Shown here in pieces: positions 18,300-26,104 of a DNA stretch of 64,000 nucleotides. Position 1 is the stretch's first letter. Every line of letters starts with the position of its first letter. The stretch comes from an uncultured Candidatus Rokubacteria bacterium (GTDB lineage Bacteria; Methylomirabilota; Methylomirabilia; Rokubacteriales; CSP1-6). Made by a program: the position numbers and the translations under genes. Under the pieces are notes generated by a model, which did no database searches, was not told the DNA's origin, and saw only the letters and a list, made by a program, of their open reading frames with translations. The stretch lies in the NCBI GenBank assembly GCA_963762145.1, contig CAVXJS010000011.1, forward strand, positions 256,001 to 320,000, written 5' to 3'.

Positions 18300-18608
18300 C
18301 TAGGCGAGGGGCGGAGCGCGAGACTCGGCGAGGCTGCCGAGCGGCACGTCGTGGGAGCGAACGAGCGCGGGCGCGCACGCGGCCGCCACGAGGGCGGCGA
18401 AGGCGGCCGGGGGCCCGTCGGGCAAGGGCACATCGCCGCCGAGGAACTCGAGGGCGGCGAGGACGTGCTCTTCGTTGTAGACGCCGGCGGTGGCCGAATC
18501 GTGAAGATGCCGCGGCAGGCTGGACTTCAACGGCAGCGCGATCGACACCAGCGCGATCAGCAGCGCGAAGGCGGCGATGCGGAGCGAGCCGGGTCGGCGG
18601 TGCGTCAT
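18300..18608 (-). CDS. Putative ribosome-arrest leader peptide 2 (hydrophobic segment, HLH/YNEEH, RAPP)
   Basis: 102 aa from MTHRRPG to SRAPPLA; motif spacing identical to leader 1. Confidence 0.72.
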   Translation of the reverse strand: MTHRRPGSLRIAAFALLIALVSIALPLKSSLPRHLHDSATAGVYNEEHVLAALEFLGGDVPLPDGPPAAFAALVAAACAPALVRSHDVPLGSLAESRAPPLA

Positions 18609-18658
18609 GGGCTCGCCGGTACTATGGCACGCGTCCGCTCGACGGTGCAAGACGCCGG

Positions 18659-19132
18659 TCAGCGGCGAGAGCCCTCCTCGAAGTCCCCCGGGCGCACCTG
18701 ATCGAGCCAATCCTGCACCGCGGCGCCGTCCGGTGGATTCGACGCGGACCGCGCGTGGGCCAGGGCGGTGTCGTGCGCCATGATCGGCTTGCCGGCCCGC
18801 ACCGCCAGCGCGATGGCGTCGGCGGGATGGCAGGGGAGGATCATCTCGAGCCCGTCCCGCTCGAGGACGATGCCGGCCGAGATGCCGCGCTCGTCCCCCT
18901 CCAGGTGGGCGCGCCGCACCTCCGCCCGGAGGTGCCCGATGAGCTGCTCGGCCAGCTCGAAGATGGGCGTGCACGGGCACGAGGTCATCCCGAGGCAGCG
19001 GGCCAGGCGATTGGCCTCGTTCATCGGGACGTAGAACGCGAGCCACCGGTCGCGGCCCTCGACCTGGAGCATCACCATCGGCCGGCTGGTGTGGGGACAC
19101 GTGCTCACCTCGATCACCCGCATGGGCGTCAT
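18659..19132 (-). CDS. Bifunctional nuclease (DUF151) domain protein
   Basis: PMVMLQ, PMNEA, CHPADAIALAVRAGKPIM, and C-terminal WLDQVRPGDF typical of DUF151; Cys-rich variant (TCPH, SCPCTP). Confidence 0.75.
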   Translation of the reverse strand: MTPMRVIEVSTCPHTSRPMVMLQVEGRDRWLAFYVPMNEANRLARCLGMTSCPCTPIFELAEQLIGHLRAEVRRAHLEGDERGISAGIVLERDGLEMILPCHPADAIALAVRAGKPIMAHDTALAHARSASNPPDGAAVQDWLDQVRPGDFEEGSRR

Positions 19133-19184
19133 GGCGCCCTCCTCTCCGGCCCGATCTCGATGTAAGGGTTAGCTACGATGAGTC

Positions 19185-19200
19185 ATTAGGTAACCCTAAT
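19185..19200. promoter_or_regulatory. Putative DtxR/MntR-family operator ATTAGG-TAAC-CCTAAT
   Basis: Perfect 6-4-6 inverted repeat in an AT-rich patch upstream of the DUF151/leader/metal-uptake genes; a TTGACT -35-like hexamer is on the minus strand at 19216-19211. Confidence 0.6.
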
Positions 19201-19600
19201 CGGAGCTGCGAGTCAAGGGGAACCGACGCTTGAGCCAGCCGTCCAAGCCCTCCTGGAGGACCACGTGGTTCGTGTAGCCCTTCGCCTCGAGGAAGCTGTA
19301 GGCGGTCGCCGCCTCCTCGACCGGGCAGCGGCAGTAGAGCACCACCATGGGCTGGGTCGGGATCTCCGCGAAGCGGCGGTCGAGCTCGGCGAGGGGCACC
19401 GAGACCGCGCCCGGCACGTGGCCGCGCCGAAAGTCGCCCGGGCTGCGGAGGTCCACCACCACGACCGGCTGGCGCGAGTCGAGCAGCCACTTGAGGTAGT
19501 CGGGCTCGGTGAAGGCCACCGTCGGCACGCCGCCGTGGGCCGCGTGGGCGGCCCGCGCCAGCGCCATGACCACGGCCACGACCAGGAACGCGCCTCTCAC
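19196..19600 (-). CDS. Exported rhodanese-like domain protein
   Basis: VVDLRS, GHVPGAVSVP, VVLYCRCP, LQEGLDGW. Confidence 0.85.
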   Translation of the reverse strand: MRGAFLVVAVVMALARAAHAAHGGVPTVAFTEPDYLKWLLDSRQPVVVVDLRSPGDFRRGHVPGAVSVPLAELDRRFAEIPTQPMVVLYCRCPVEEAATAYSFLEAKGYTNHVVLQEGLDGWLKRRFPLTRSSD

Positions 19601-19968
19601 GGCTGCTTCGCGAGGGCGGTGATCTCCACGTTGGGCGGTATCCCGGTGAGGGTGAACATCACCGCGTCGCCGATGTCGAGCCCCTCGTAGAGCTTGGGAT
19701 CGTGCACGCGAAAGCCCATGGTCATCGAGCCCATGTAGCCGGCCAGGTCCTCGTGCGTGAGCACCACCACGTTGAGCTCGGGCAGCACCGCGCGGACCAC
19801 CCCGCGCGCCTGCCAGGCGCGCCGGGTGCCCGCGGTGGCCTGCCCCGCTCGCGTCCGCTCGAGCTCCTGGCCGAGCCGCGTCGCCTCGCGGCCCCAGGCC
19901 AGGTAGCCGCAGAGCAGGCCCACGCCGAGCGCGAGATTGACCAGCAGGATGACGCGCCAGAGCCGCAT
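19597..19968 (-). CDS. CusF-like copper-binding protein
   Basis: N-terminal TM; LTHEDLAGYMGSMTMGF (H...MxM) OB-fold signature. Confidence 0.82.
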   Translation of the reverse strand: MRLWRVILLVNLALGVGLLCGYLAWGREATRLGQELERTRAGQATAGTRRAWQARGVVRAVLPELNVVVLTHEDLAGYMGSMTMGFRVHDPKLYEGLDIGDAVMFTLTGIPPNVEITALAKQP

Positions 19969-19974
19969 GGCGCC

Positions 19975-21981
19975 CTAGTGTACGTGCTCGCCGGGAGGAG
20001 GACCCGTGGGGGTTTCCTTGTCGAGCAGCAGGATCTGGTCCAGCAGGACCTGGAGCGTCTCCCAGCCCTGGCCCGGCGCGCCCGGCAGCCAGCGGGCGCG
20101 CACGTAGCCTTGACGGTCGAGCAGGAACTCCATGTGCACCGGCGCCGCCGCGCGGGGGGCGAGGCCGCGGCCGAGCAGCGCGTAGGTGGCCGCGATCTCG
20201 GGGGCGCCGTCGGTGATGACGGGAAAGAGCAGGGGCGGCCGGCCGCCGAGCCGCCGGATGATGTGCCCGCCGTCATCCATCGGCACCGCGATGACCTCGG
20301 TGCCGGTGGCCTGCAGCGTGTTGTAGGCCTCGGCGAGCTGGACGAGCCGGGGCCGCGAGTCCGGCAGGGTGAAGAAGACGAGATGCACCATCCACCGGTC
20401 GCGCAGCTCCTTGAGGCTGCGCGGCGGAGTCGGTCCCACCGTGATGGTGAAGTCGGGCGCGACGAGCCATGGGCGATTGGGCTGGACCACCGCGGTCATC
20501 TGCCGCGCGCGCTCACCCGCGGCCAGGGCGCGGATGAAGTTGATCAGGTCCCACCGATCTTCCTCGCCGAGCGCCGCGCCGAACGCGGGCATGCCGCCCT
20601 GGGGAATGCCGTGGGTGAGCCACCAGAACATGTCGCCCGCGGTGTGGTCGGCGGCGTGCGGCGCGGTCAGGTCCGCGGGCGGCTTCGGCAGGCCGGCGCC
20701 GCCCGCGCCGTCTCCACGGCCGGTCACGCCGTGGCAGGTCGCGCAGTGCGCGCGGTAGAGCGTGGCGCCGCTCGCGATGGACACCGCCTGGTACGGCACC
20801 GACGAGCGCCGGTAGGTGGTGGGATAGGCGTCCACCGACACCGGCGGCAGCGCGACCCAGAGCCCCGCGACGAGCGCCACGCCGCCCGCTCCGCACAGGA
20901 GCACCCGCCACGAGCGCAGCAGCAGCCCGACGATCATCGCGAGCACGCCGACGAAGGCCACCTGCGCGCCGATGAGGAAGCGCGCGGGCCCGCCCGGCAC
21001 CTGGGCCGCCGCCTCCCAGGAGAAGCGGAGCGAGAAGGGCCAGCCGATCGCGTCGTGCACCGCGGGCGGCGACACGGACAGCGCGGTGGTGGCGAGCAGG
21101 ATCAGCAGCGCGAGCCCCGCCTCGCCGGCCACGAAGCGCCCGAGCCGCGCCATCGCGGGCCGGCCGACGGTGGCTCCGTCGCCGGACAGGCGCGGAAGGA
21201 GCCGCCGGTTGCCCCGGGCGAGGGCGAGGACGGGGAGCAGCAGCGAGAGCTTGGCGAGCAGGAGCCAGCCGTAGCGCGTGCCGAGCAGCGCGGGGACGCT
21301 GCCCACCTGGTACCAGGCATTGGCCAGGCCCGTGCCGACGACGAGCAGCATCAACGCGAGCGCCACGCGCGAGAAGCCGCGGACCGCGAGCACCGCGAAC
21401 GGCCGCGCGTCCGCGCCCGCTTCGACGGCGGCAGCCCGCAGCAGCGCGGCCAGCGGTAGCAGCGCGCCGAACCAGGCGCCGGCCGCGATCAGGTGGAGCG
21501 CGTCGAGGACCGCGGCGGCGAGCCCCTGCGGCTCGACCGCGGCCGCGTGGCCGGCCCACGCCATCGCGCCGGCGCCCAACGCGGCGAGCAGCCACGCCTC
21601 GCCGCGGAAGGCGAGCCGGTCCGCGGCGGTGTGCTCGCGCTCGCGCAGCAGCAGGAGCGCGGCCAGCAGCAGGAGCAGGCCGTGGCGCACCAGCCAGACG
21701 GTGCCGAACTGGCTCCGCGTCAGGAGCTGGGCCCACGCCACCGGCTCGAGCGCGGCGCCCGCGCGGCCGGTCACCACTGCGGTCTGGTAGGCGAGCGCGC
21801 CGAGGCCGGAGACCAGGAGCAGCCCGGCGAGCCCGCGGGCCCAGCGGAGCATGCGCGCCTCCCAGGCGAGCGCGGTCGGCCGATCGCTGCGCCCGGCCAG
21901 AAGCAGCGCGGTGACGAGGCCCACCAGGCCGAGGCCGCAGGCCAGGTGCAGCCATCGGACCGCGAGGCCGAAGGCGGTCAC
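19975..21981 (-). CDS. CopD-family copper protein fused to cytochrome c and a redoxin-like domain
   Basis: GHAAA, ALHLIAAGAWFGAL, YGWLLLAKL (CopD); CATCHG...GMPAF (cytochrome c); APDF...FLLDRQGYVRARW (AhpC/TSA fold). Confidence 0.85.
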   Translation of the reverse strand: MTAFGLAVRWLHLACGLGLVGLVTALLLAGRSDRPTALAWEARMLRWARGLAGLLLVSGLGALAYQTAVVTGRAGAALEPVAWAQLLTRSQFGTVWLVRHGLLLLLAALLLLREREHTAADRLAFRGEAWLLAALGAGAMAWAGHAAAVEPQGLAAAVLDALHLIAAGAWFGALLPLAALLRAAAVEAGADARPFAVLAVRGFSRVALALMLLVVGTGLANAWYQVGSVPALLGTRYGWLLLAKLSLLLPVLALARGNRRLLPRLSGDGATVGRPAMARLGRFVAGEAGLALLILLATTALSVSPPAVHDAIGWPFSLRFSWEAAAQVPGGPARFLIGAQVAFVGVLAMIVGLLLRSWRVLLCGAGGVALVAGLWVALPPVSVDAYPTTYRRSSVPYQAVSIASGATLYRAHCATCHGVTGRGDGAGGAGLPKPPADLTAPHAADHTAGDMFWWLTHGIPQGGMPAFGAALGEEDRWDLINFIRALAAGERARQMTAVVQPNRPWLVAPDFTITVGPTPPRSLKELRDRWMVHLVFFTLPDSRPRLVQLAEAYNTLQATGTEVIAVPMDDGGHIIRRLGGRPPLLFPVITDGAPEIAATYALLGRGLAPRAAAPVHMEFLLDRQGYVRARWLPGAPGQGWETLQVLLDQILLLDKETPTGPPPGEHVH

Positions 21982-22164
21982 TCTGACTTGCCGGCCGGCT
22001 TGCGGGTGAGCAGCATCACGATGACCACGATGAGCACGCCCGCGGCCAGCGCGAGCGCGCCCGCCAGGAGGCCGACCGTCAGCGGGCTCAGCCCCTCCGC
22101 GCGCAGCGGGCCGCCGTGGTCGGCCCACGCCGGGGTCGCGAGCGAGGAGGAGGAGGGCTCTCAT
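21978..22164 (-). pseudogene. Small membrane protein, apparently frameshifted near 22140
   Basis: MRALLLL, then in another frame ATPAWADHGGPLRAEGLSPLTVGLLAGALALAAGVLIVVIVMLLTRK; its stop overlaps the copD start. Confidence 0.45.
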
Positions 22165-22204
22165 GGGCGGCCTCATTATAATGAGTGCCGGAGACCCCGG
22201 TCCC

Positions 22205-22918
22205 ATGAACCGCCCCGGATCACCCGCGCGCGCCGCCGTCCGCGCCGTCATCTTCGACGCCGGCAACACGCTGCTGCGCATGAACTACGGCATCATCGCC
22301 GCGCACCTGGCCGCGCGCGGGCGTGCCGCCAGCCCGGAACAGGTGGAGGACGCGGAGCTGCGCGCGCGGGTGCGGCTCGATCCGCACCTGGCGCCCGGCG
22401 CCTCCACCGAGAGCACCGTCACGCACGGGCGCTACCTCCGCTACCTGCTGGAGAACCTGGCGATCACCGACGACGCGGAGATCGACGCGATCGCGCGCTG
22501 GCGGCGCGGCTACAACCTGCCGGTAGGCCTGTGGAACCGCGCCGATCCGCAGGCGCTCGCCGCGCTCCGCCGGGTGCGCGCCGCCGGGCTCGTGGCGGGC
22601 GTCATCTCGAACTCCAACGGGTCCGTGCGGTCCATCCTCGAGGAGACCGGGCTCGCCGCGCAGCTCGACTTCATCATCGACTCCGCGGTGGTGGGCGTGG
22701 AGAAGCCCGACCCGCGCATCTTCCACCTGGGGCTGCGCGAGGCCGGCGTCGCCGCGGCGGAGGCGGTCTACGTGGGCGATCTCTACTCGGTGGACGTCCT
22801 GGGCGCGCGGGCGGCCGGGCTCGACGGCATCCTGCTCGATCCGGGCGGCTTCTGGGCCCCGCGCGACTGCCGCCTGGCGCGCGGGCTCGAGGACGCGGTG
22901 CGCCTGGCGCTGGGGTAG
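22205..22918 (+). CDS. HAD-superfamily hydrolase
   Basis: FDAGNTL, ISNS, EKPDPRIF, VGDLYSVDVLGA. Confidence 0.9.
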   Translation: MNRPGSPARAAVRAVIFDAGNTLLRMNYGIIAAHLAARGRAASPEQVEDAELRARVRLDPHLAPGASTESTVTHGRYLRYLLENLAITDDAEIDAIARWRRGYNLPVGLWNRADPQALAALRRVRAAGLVAGVISNSNGSVRSILEETGLAAQLDFIIDSAVVGVEKPDPRIFHLGLREAGVAAAEAVYVGDLYSVDVLGARAAGLDGILLDPGGFWAPRDCRLARGLEDAVRLALG

Positions 22919-22919
22919 G

Positions 22920-22954
22920 CCCCTCACCCTGCCCTCTCCCCGGAGGGGAGAGGG
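22920..22954. repeat. REP-like palindromic repeat, copy 2 (between convergent genes)
   Basis: CCCCTCACCCTG-CCCTCTCCCC-GGA-GGGGAGAGGG. Confidence 0.75.
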
Positions 22955-22956
22955 GA

Positions 22957-24330
22957 TCAGGCGGGGAGGGTCACGTAGGGGAAGCGGCGGAGCGCGTCGT
23001 AGACCATGCGCTGCATGTTCTCCACCGCTTCGGCGGTGCGGCCCTCGAAGCGCAGGGTCAGGTACGGGTTGGTGTTCGACGCGCGCACGAGGCCCCAGCC
23101 CTCCGGGAACAGGATGCGGACCCCGTCGATATCGATGGTCTCGAACCGGCTCCGGAACTCGCGCGCGAGCGCGTCCACCACCGCGAACTTGCGGTCGTCG
23201 GGGCAGGGCGCCTTCAGCTCCGGCGTGGCGTGCAGATGAGGCAGGGTGTCGAAGTGGGCGGAGGCGGGCCGCGGGCCCGAGGCCACGAGCTGCAGGAACC
23301 GGCACGAGGCGAGGACACCGTCGTCCACCCCGTACCAGTCCTCGCCGAAGAACATGTGGCCGGAGACCTCGCCCCCCAGCAGGATCCCGTCCTCGCGCAT
23401 CTTGCGCTTCAGGAGCGAGTGGCCGGTCTTCCACATGATCGGCTCGCCGCCGTGCTTGAGGATGTCGTCCACCAGCACCTGCGAGCACTTCACGTCGAAG
23501 ACGATCTTGGCCCCCGGATGCCGGGTCAGGAGATCGCGGGCGAGGAGGGCCAGCAGCAGGTCGGCCTCGTGACGGCGCCCGCGCTCGTCCACGACGCCCA
23601 CCCGGTCCGCGTCGCCGTCGTAGGCCACCCCGACGTCGGCGCCCACCTCGAGGGTGCGGGCCACGAGGTCTCGCATGTTCTCTTCCATCTCCGGGTCCGG
23701 GAGGTGATTGGGGAACGCCCCGTCGGACTCGCAGTAGAGCTCCACCACCTCGCAGCCCAGGCGGCGCAGCAGCTCGGGGGCGAAGAGGCCCGCGATCCCG
23801 TTGCCCGCGTCCACCACCACCTTGAGGGGCCGCCTCAGCTTCACTCTGGAAGTGATCGCGTCCCAGTACTCGTCGCGCGGATCGCGGGTGGCGCGCGTGC
23901 CCACCCCCCGCTCGAAATCGCCCGCCTTGATGGTGGCGAGCAGCCCCTGGATCTCGTTCTCGGTCAGCGGCGCCGCGCCCGCGTGCACCATCTTGACCCC
24001 GTTGTCGGAGACCGGATTGTGACTGCCGGTGATGGTGGCGCCGCCGTCCAGCTTCCAGTGCGCGGTCGCGAAGTAGAGCAGCGGGGTGTGATTGACGCCG
24101 ATGTCCACCACGTCGAGCCCGGTGGACAGCAGCCCCGTCGCGAACGCCTCCTTGAGCGCCCGCGACGAGGTGCGGTTGTCCATCCCGAGCGCCACCGCGT
24201 GCCCGCCCCGGCGCTTCACGAGGGTGCCGTACGCCCGGCCCACCAGCTCGAAGACGGGCGGGGTGATGTCGATCCCCACCTTGCCGCGCACGTCGTAGGC
24301 GCGGAAGACGTACGGGTTCAGCTCGGCCAT
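22957..24330 (-). CDS. Phosphomannomutase/phosphoglucomutase
   Basis: FRAYDVRG, TGSHNP, DGDADR, GEVSGH, VRASNT. Confidence 0.95.
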   Translation of the reverse strand: MAELNPYVFRAYDVRGKVGIDITPPVFELVGRAYGTLVKRRGGHAVALGMDNRTSSRALKEAFATGLLSTGLDVVDIGVNHTPLLYFATAHWKLDGGATITGSHNPVSDNGVKMVHAGAAPLTENEIQGLLATIKAGDFERGVGTRATRDPRDEYWDAITSRVKLRRPLKVVVDAGNGIAGLFAPELLRRLGCEVVELYCESDGAFPNHLPDPEMEENMRDLVARTLEVGADVGVAYDGDADRVGVVDERGRRHEADLLLALLARDLLTRHPGAKIVFDVKCSQVLVDDILKHGGEPIMWKTGHSLLKRKMREDGILLGGEVSGHMFFGEDWYGVDDGVLASCRFLQLVASGPRPASAHFDTLPHLHATPELKAPCPDDRKFAVVDALAREFRSRFETIDIDGVRILFPEGWGLVRASNTNPYLTLRFEGRTAEAVENMQRMVYDALRRFPYVTLPA

Positions 24331-24337
24331 CACGCGG

Positions 24338-24733
24338 CTAGATCACCGCGACCGCTTCGATCTCGATCATCCAGTCCGGCATCGCGAGCGCGGCCACCGC
24401 CACCAGCGTGGACGCGGGCGCCTTCTTGCCGAGGAACTCCTCGCGGATCGCGGCCAGGTCGGGGCGGTTCCGGATGTCGGTGAGGTACGTGTTGATCTTG
24501 ACGATGCTGTCCATGGTGCCGCCGCCCGCCTCGACCTGGGCCTTGATCGCCTGGAAGGTCGCGCGGGCCTGCGCCTTGAAGTCCCCCTTGTGGGCGGGCC
24601 CGCCCTTGTCGTCGTAGGCGACCTGGCCGGAGAGATAGAGAATGGTCTGGGCCCCGGTGACCTTCACGGCCTGCGAGTAGCCCGGCGGATCCCAGACGCC
24701 CTTGGCGGCGTAGCGCTGAATGGAGGCGGCCAT
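24338..24733 (-). CDS. RidA/YjgF family protein
   Basis: YSQAV, LSGQVA, PASTLVAVAALA, IEIEAVA. Confidence 0.9.
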   Translation of the reverse strand: MAASIQRYAAKGVWDPPGYSQAVKVTGAQTILYLSGQVAYDDKGGPAHKGDFKAQARATFQAIKAQVEAGGGTMDSIVKINTYLTDIRNRPDLAAIREEFLGKKAPASTLVAVAALAMPDWMIEIEAVAVI

Positions 24734-24811
24734 GCGATTCTCCTCTGGTGGCTGTAGGGTGATGGAGTCCCGATGCTTGAGCTAATATAACGCGAACCGA
24801 CGAAAGAACCG

Positions 24812-25225
24812 ATGCCCACCGCGTTTCAGGAGACCCCCATGGACGACGCCCTCAAGGAGAAGACCCGCAAGACCGCCCACATGCTGTTCCACTCCATCAA
24901 GAGCGGGGTGGGGTTCGACACGTGGAAGAAGTTCGACAAGGATCTGGCGCGCGAGCTCAGCATGTTCTTCACCGGCAAGCTCTACAGCCGCGAGGTCATC
25001 TCCCAGAAGCAGCGCGAGCTGTGCGCGGTGGCCTCGCTGACCGTGCTGAATCGCCGCAACGAGGTGCGCGCCCACATCCACGCCGCGCTCAACGTGGGGG
25101 CGACCCGCCCGGAGGTCGCGGAGGTGATCTTCCAGCAGGTCACCTACGGCGGCATGCCGGTGGTGGTGGAGGCCCTCGAGGTGTTCAAGGAGGTGCTGCA
25201 GGAGCGGGGTGAGTGGACGGAGTGA
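24812..25225 (+). CDS. Carboxymuconolactone decarboxylase (CMD/AhpD) family protein
   Basis: YSREVISQKQREL, HIHAALNVGAT, YGGMP; the start may be 24839. Confidence 0.85.
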   Translation: MPTAFQETPMDDALKEKTRKTAHMLFHSIKSGVGFDTWKKFDKDLARELSMFFTGKLYSREVISQKQRELCAVASLTVLNRRNEVRAHIHAALNVGATRPEVAEVIFQQVTYGGMPVVVEALEVFKEVLQERGEWTE

Positions 25226-25227
25226 CC

Positions 25228-25983
25228 ATGCACGAGGACGTGACCGCGGCGATCGCGGCCGCGAAGGCGGCGGGCGAAGTCGCGATGCGCTACTACCGGG
25301 GGGGCTTCGAGGTCACGATCAAGCCCGACCAGACGCCGGTCACCCAGGCCGATCGCGAGGCGGAGCAAGCCATCCGGCGGGTGCTGGGGCGGGCCTTTCC
25401 CAACGACGGGTTCCTGGGGGAGGAGTTCGGCGAGGAGGGCTCCCGGGAGCGGCGGTGGATCATCGATCCCATCGACGGCACCAAGAACTTCATCCGGCGC
25501 ATCCCGATCTGGGCGGTGCTGATCGGCCTCGAGGTGGCGGGCGAGGTGACCGCGGGCGTCGTCTTCAATCCGGCCAGCGGCGAGCTGCTCTGGGCCCGGC
25601 GGGGCGACGGCGCGTGGGCGGGGGACGAGCGCCTCCGCGTGTCGGAGTGCCGGGCGCTCGGCGAGGCGTTCCTGCTGCATTCGGACCTCCACCTGCTCCG
25701 CAAGGGCGGCTACTGGGACCGGTTCCTCCCCATGATCGATGCGACCGCGCGCACGCGCGGCTTCGGCGACTACTACGGCTACGGCCTGGTCGCGGCGGGC
25801 AAGGCGGAGCTCTACCTCGAGATGGACCTCAAGCCCTGGGACGCCGCGCCGATGAAGATCCTGGTCGAGGAGGCGGGCGGCCGGCTCACCGACTTCGCGG
25901 GCCGTCCATCGATCTACAACGGCTCGGTGCTCGCCACCAACGGCCACCTGCACGACCTGGCGCTGCGGGCGCTGGCCGGCTAG
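25228..25983 (+). CDS. Inositol monophosphatase family, histidinol-phosphatase HisN-like
   Basis: KPDQTPVTQADR, GEEFG, WIIDPIDGTKNF, RGFGDYY, KPWDAA. Confidence 0.88.
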   Translation: MHEDVTAAIAAAKAAGEVAMRYYRGGFEVTIKPDQTPVTQADREAEQAIRRVLGRAFPNDGFLGEEFGEEGSRERRWIIDPIDGTKNFIRRIPIWAVLIGLEVAGEVTAGVVFNPASGELLWARRGDGAWAGDERLRVSECRALGEAFLLHSDLHLLRKGGYWDRFLPMIDATARTRGFGDYYGYGLVAAGKAELYLEMDLKPWDAAPMKILVEEAGGRLTDFAGRPSIYNGSVLATNGHLHDLALRALAG

Positions 25984-26104
25984 CCGCGCCGGCCGAGGGC
26001 GGCGCCTTGACAAGCGCCGGGCCCTGTCCCAGAATCGCGCCAGCGCTCACCGTTTCCGGTCGCTCGTCACCGCTGACGCATCCCACACACAGGAGGACAC
26101 ATTC

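Noticed and set aside
18300-19100. 266-aa version of leader 2
   Set aside because: The extension overlaps the DUF151 gene in another frame; similarity to leader 1 supports a start at 18608.
21493-24483. 996-aa plus-strand ORF and similar long Arg/Gly/Ala-rich ORFs throughout
   Set aside because: Shadow frames of high-GC genes with no recognisable motifs.
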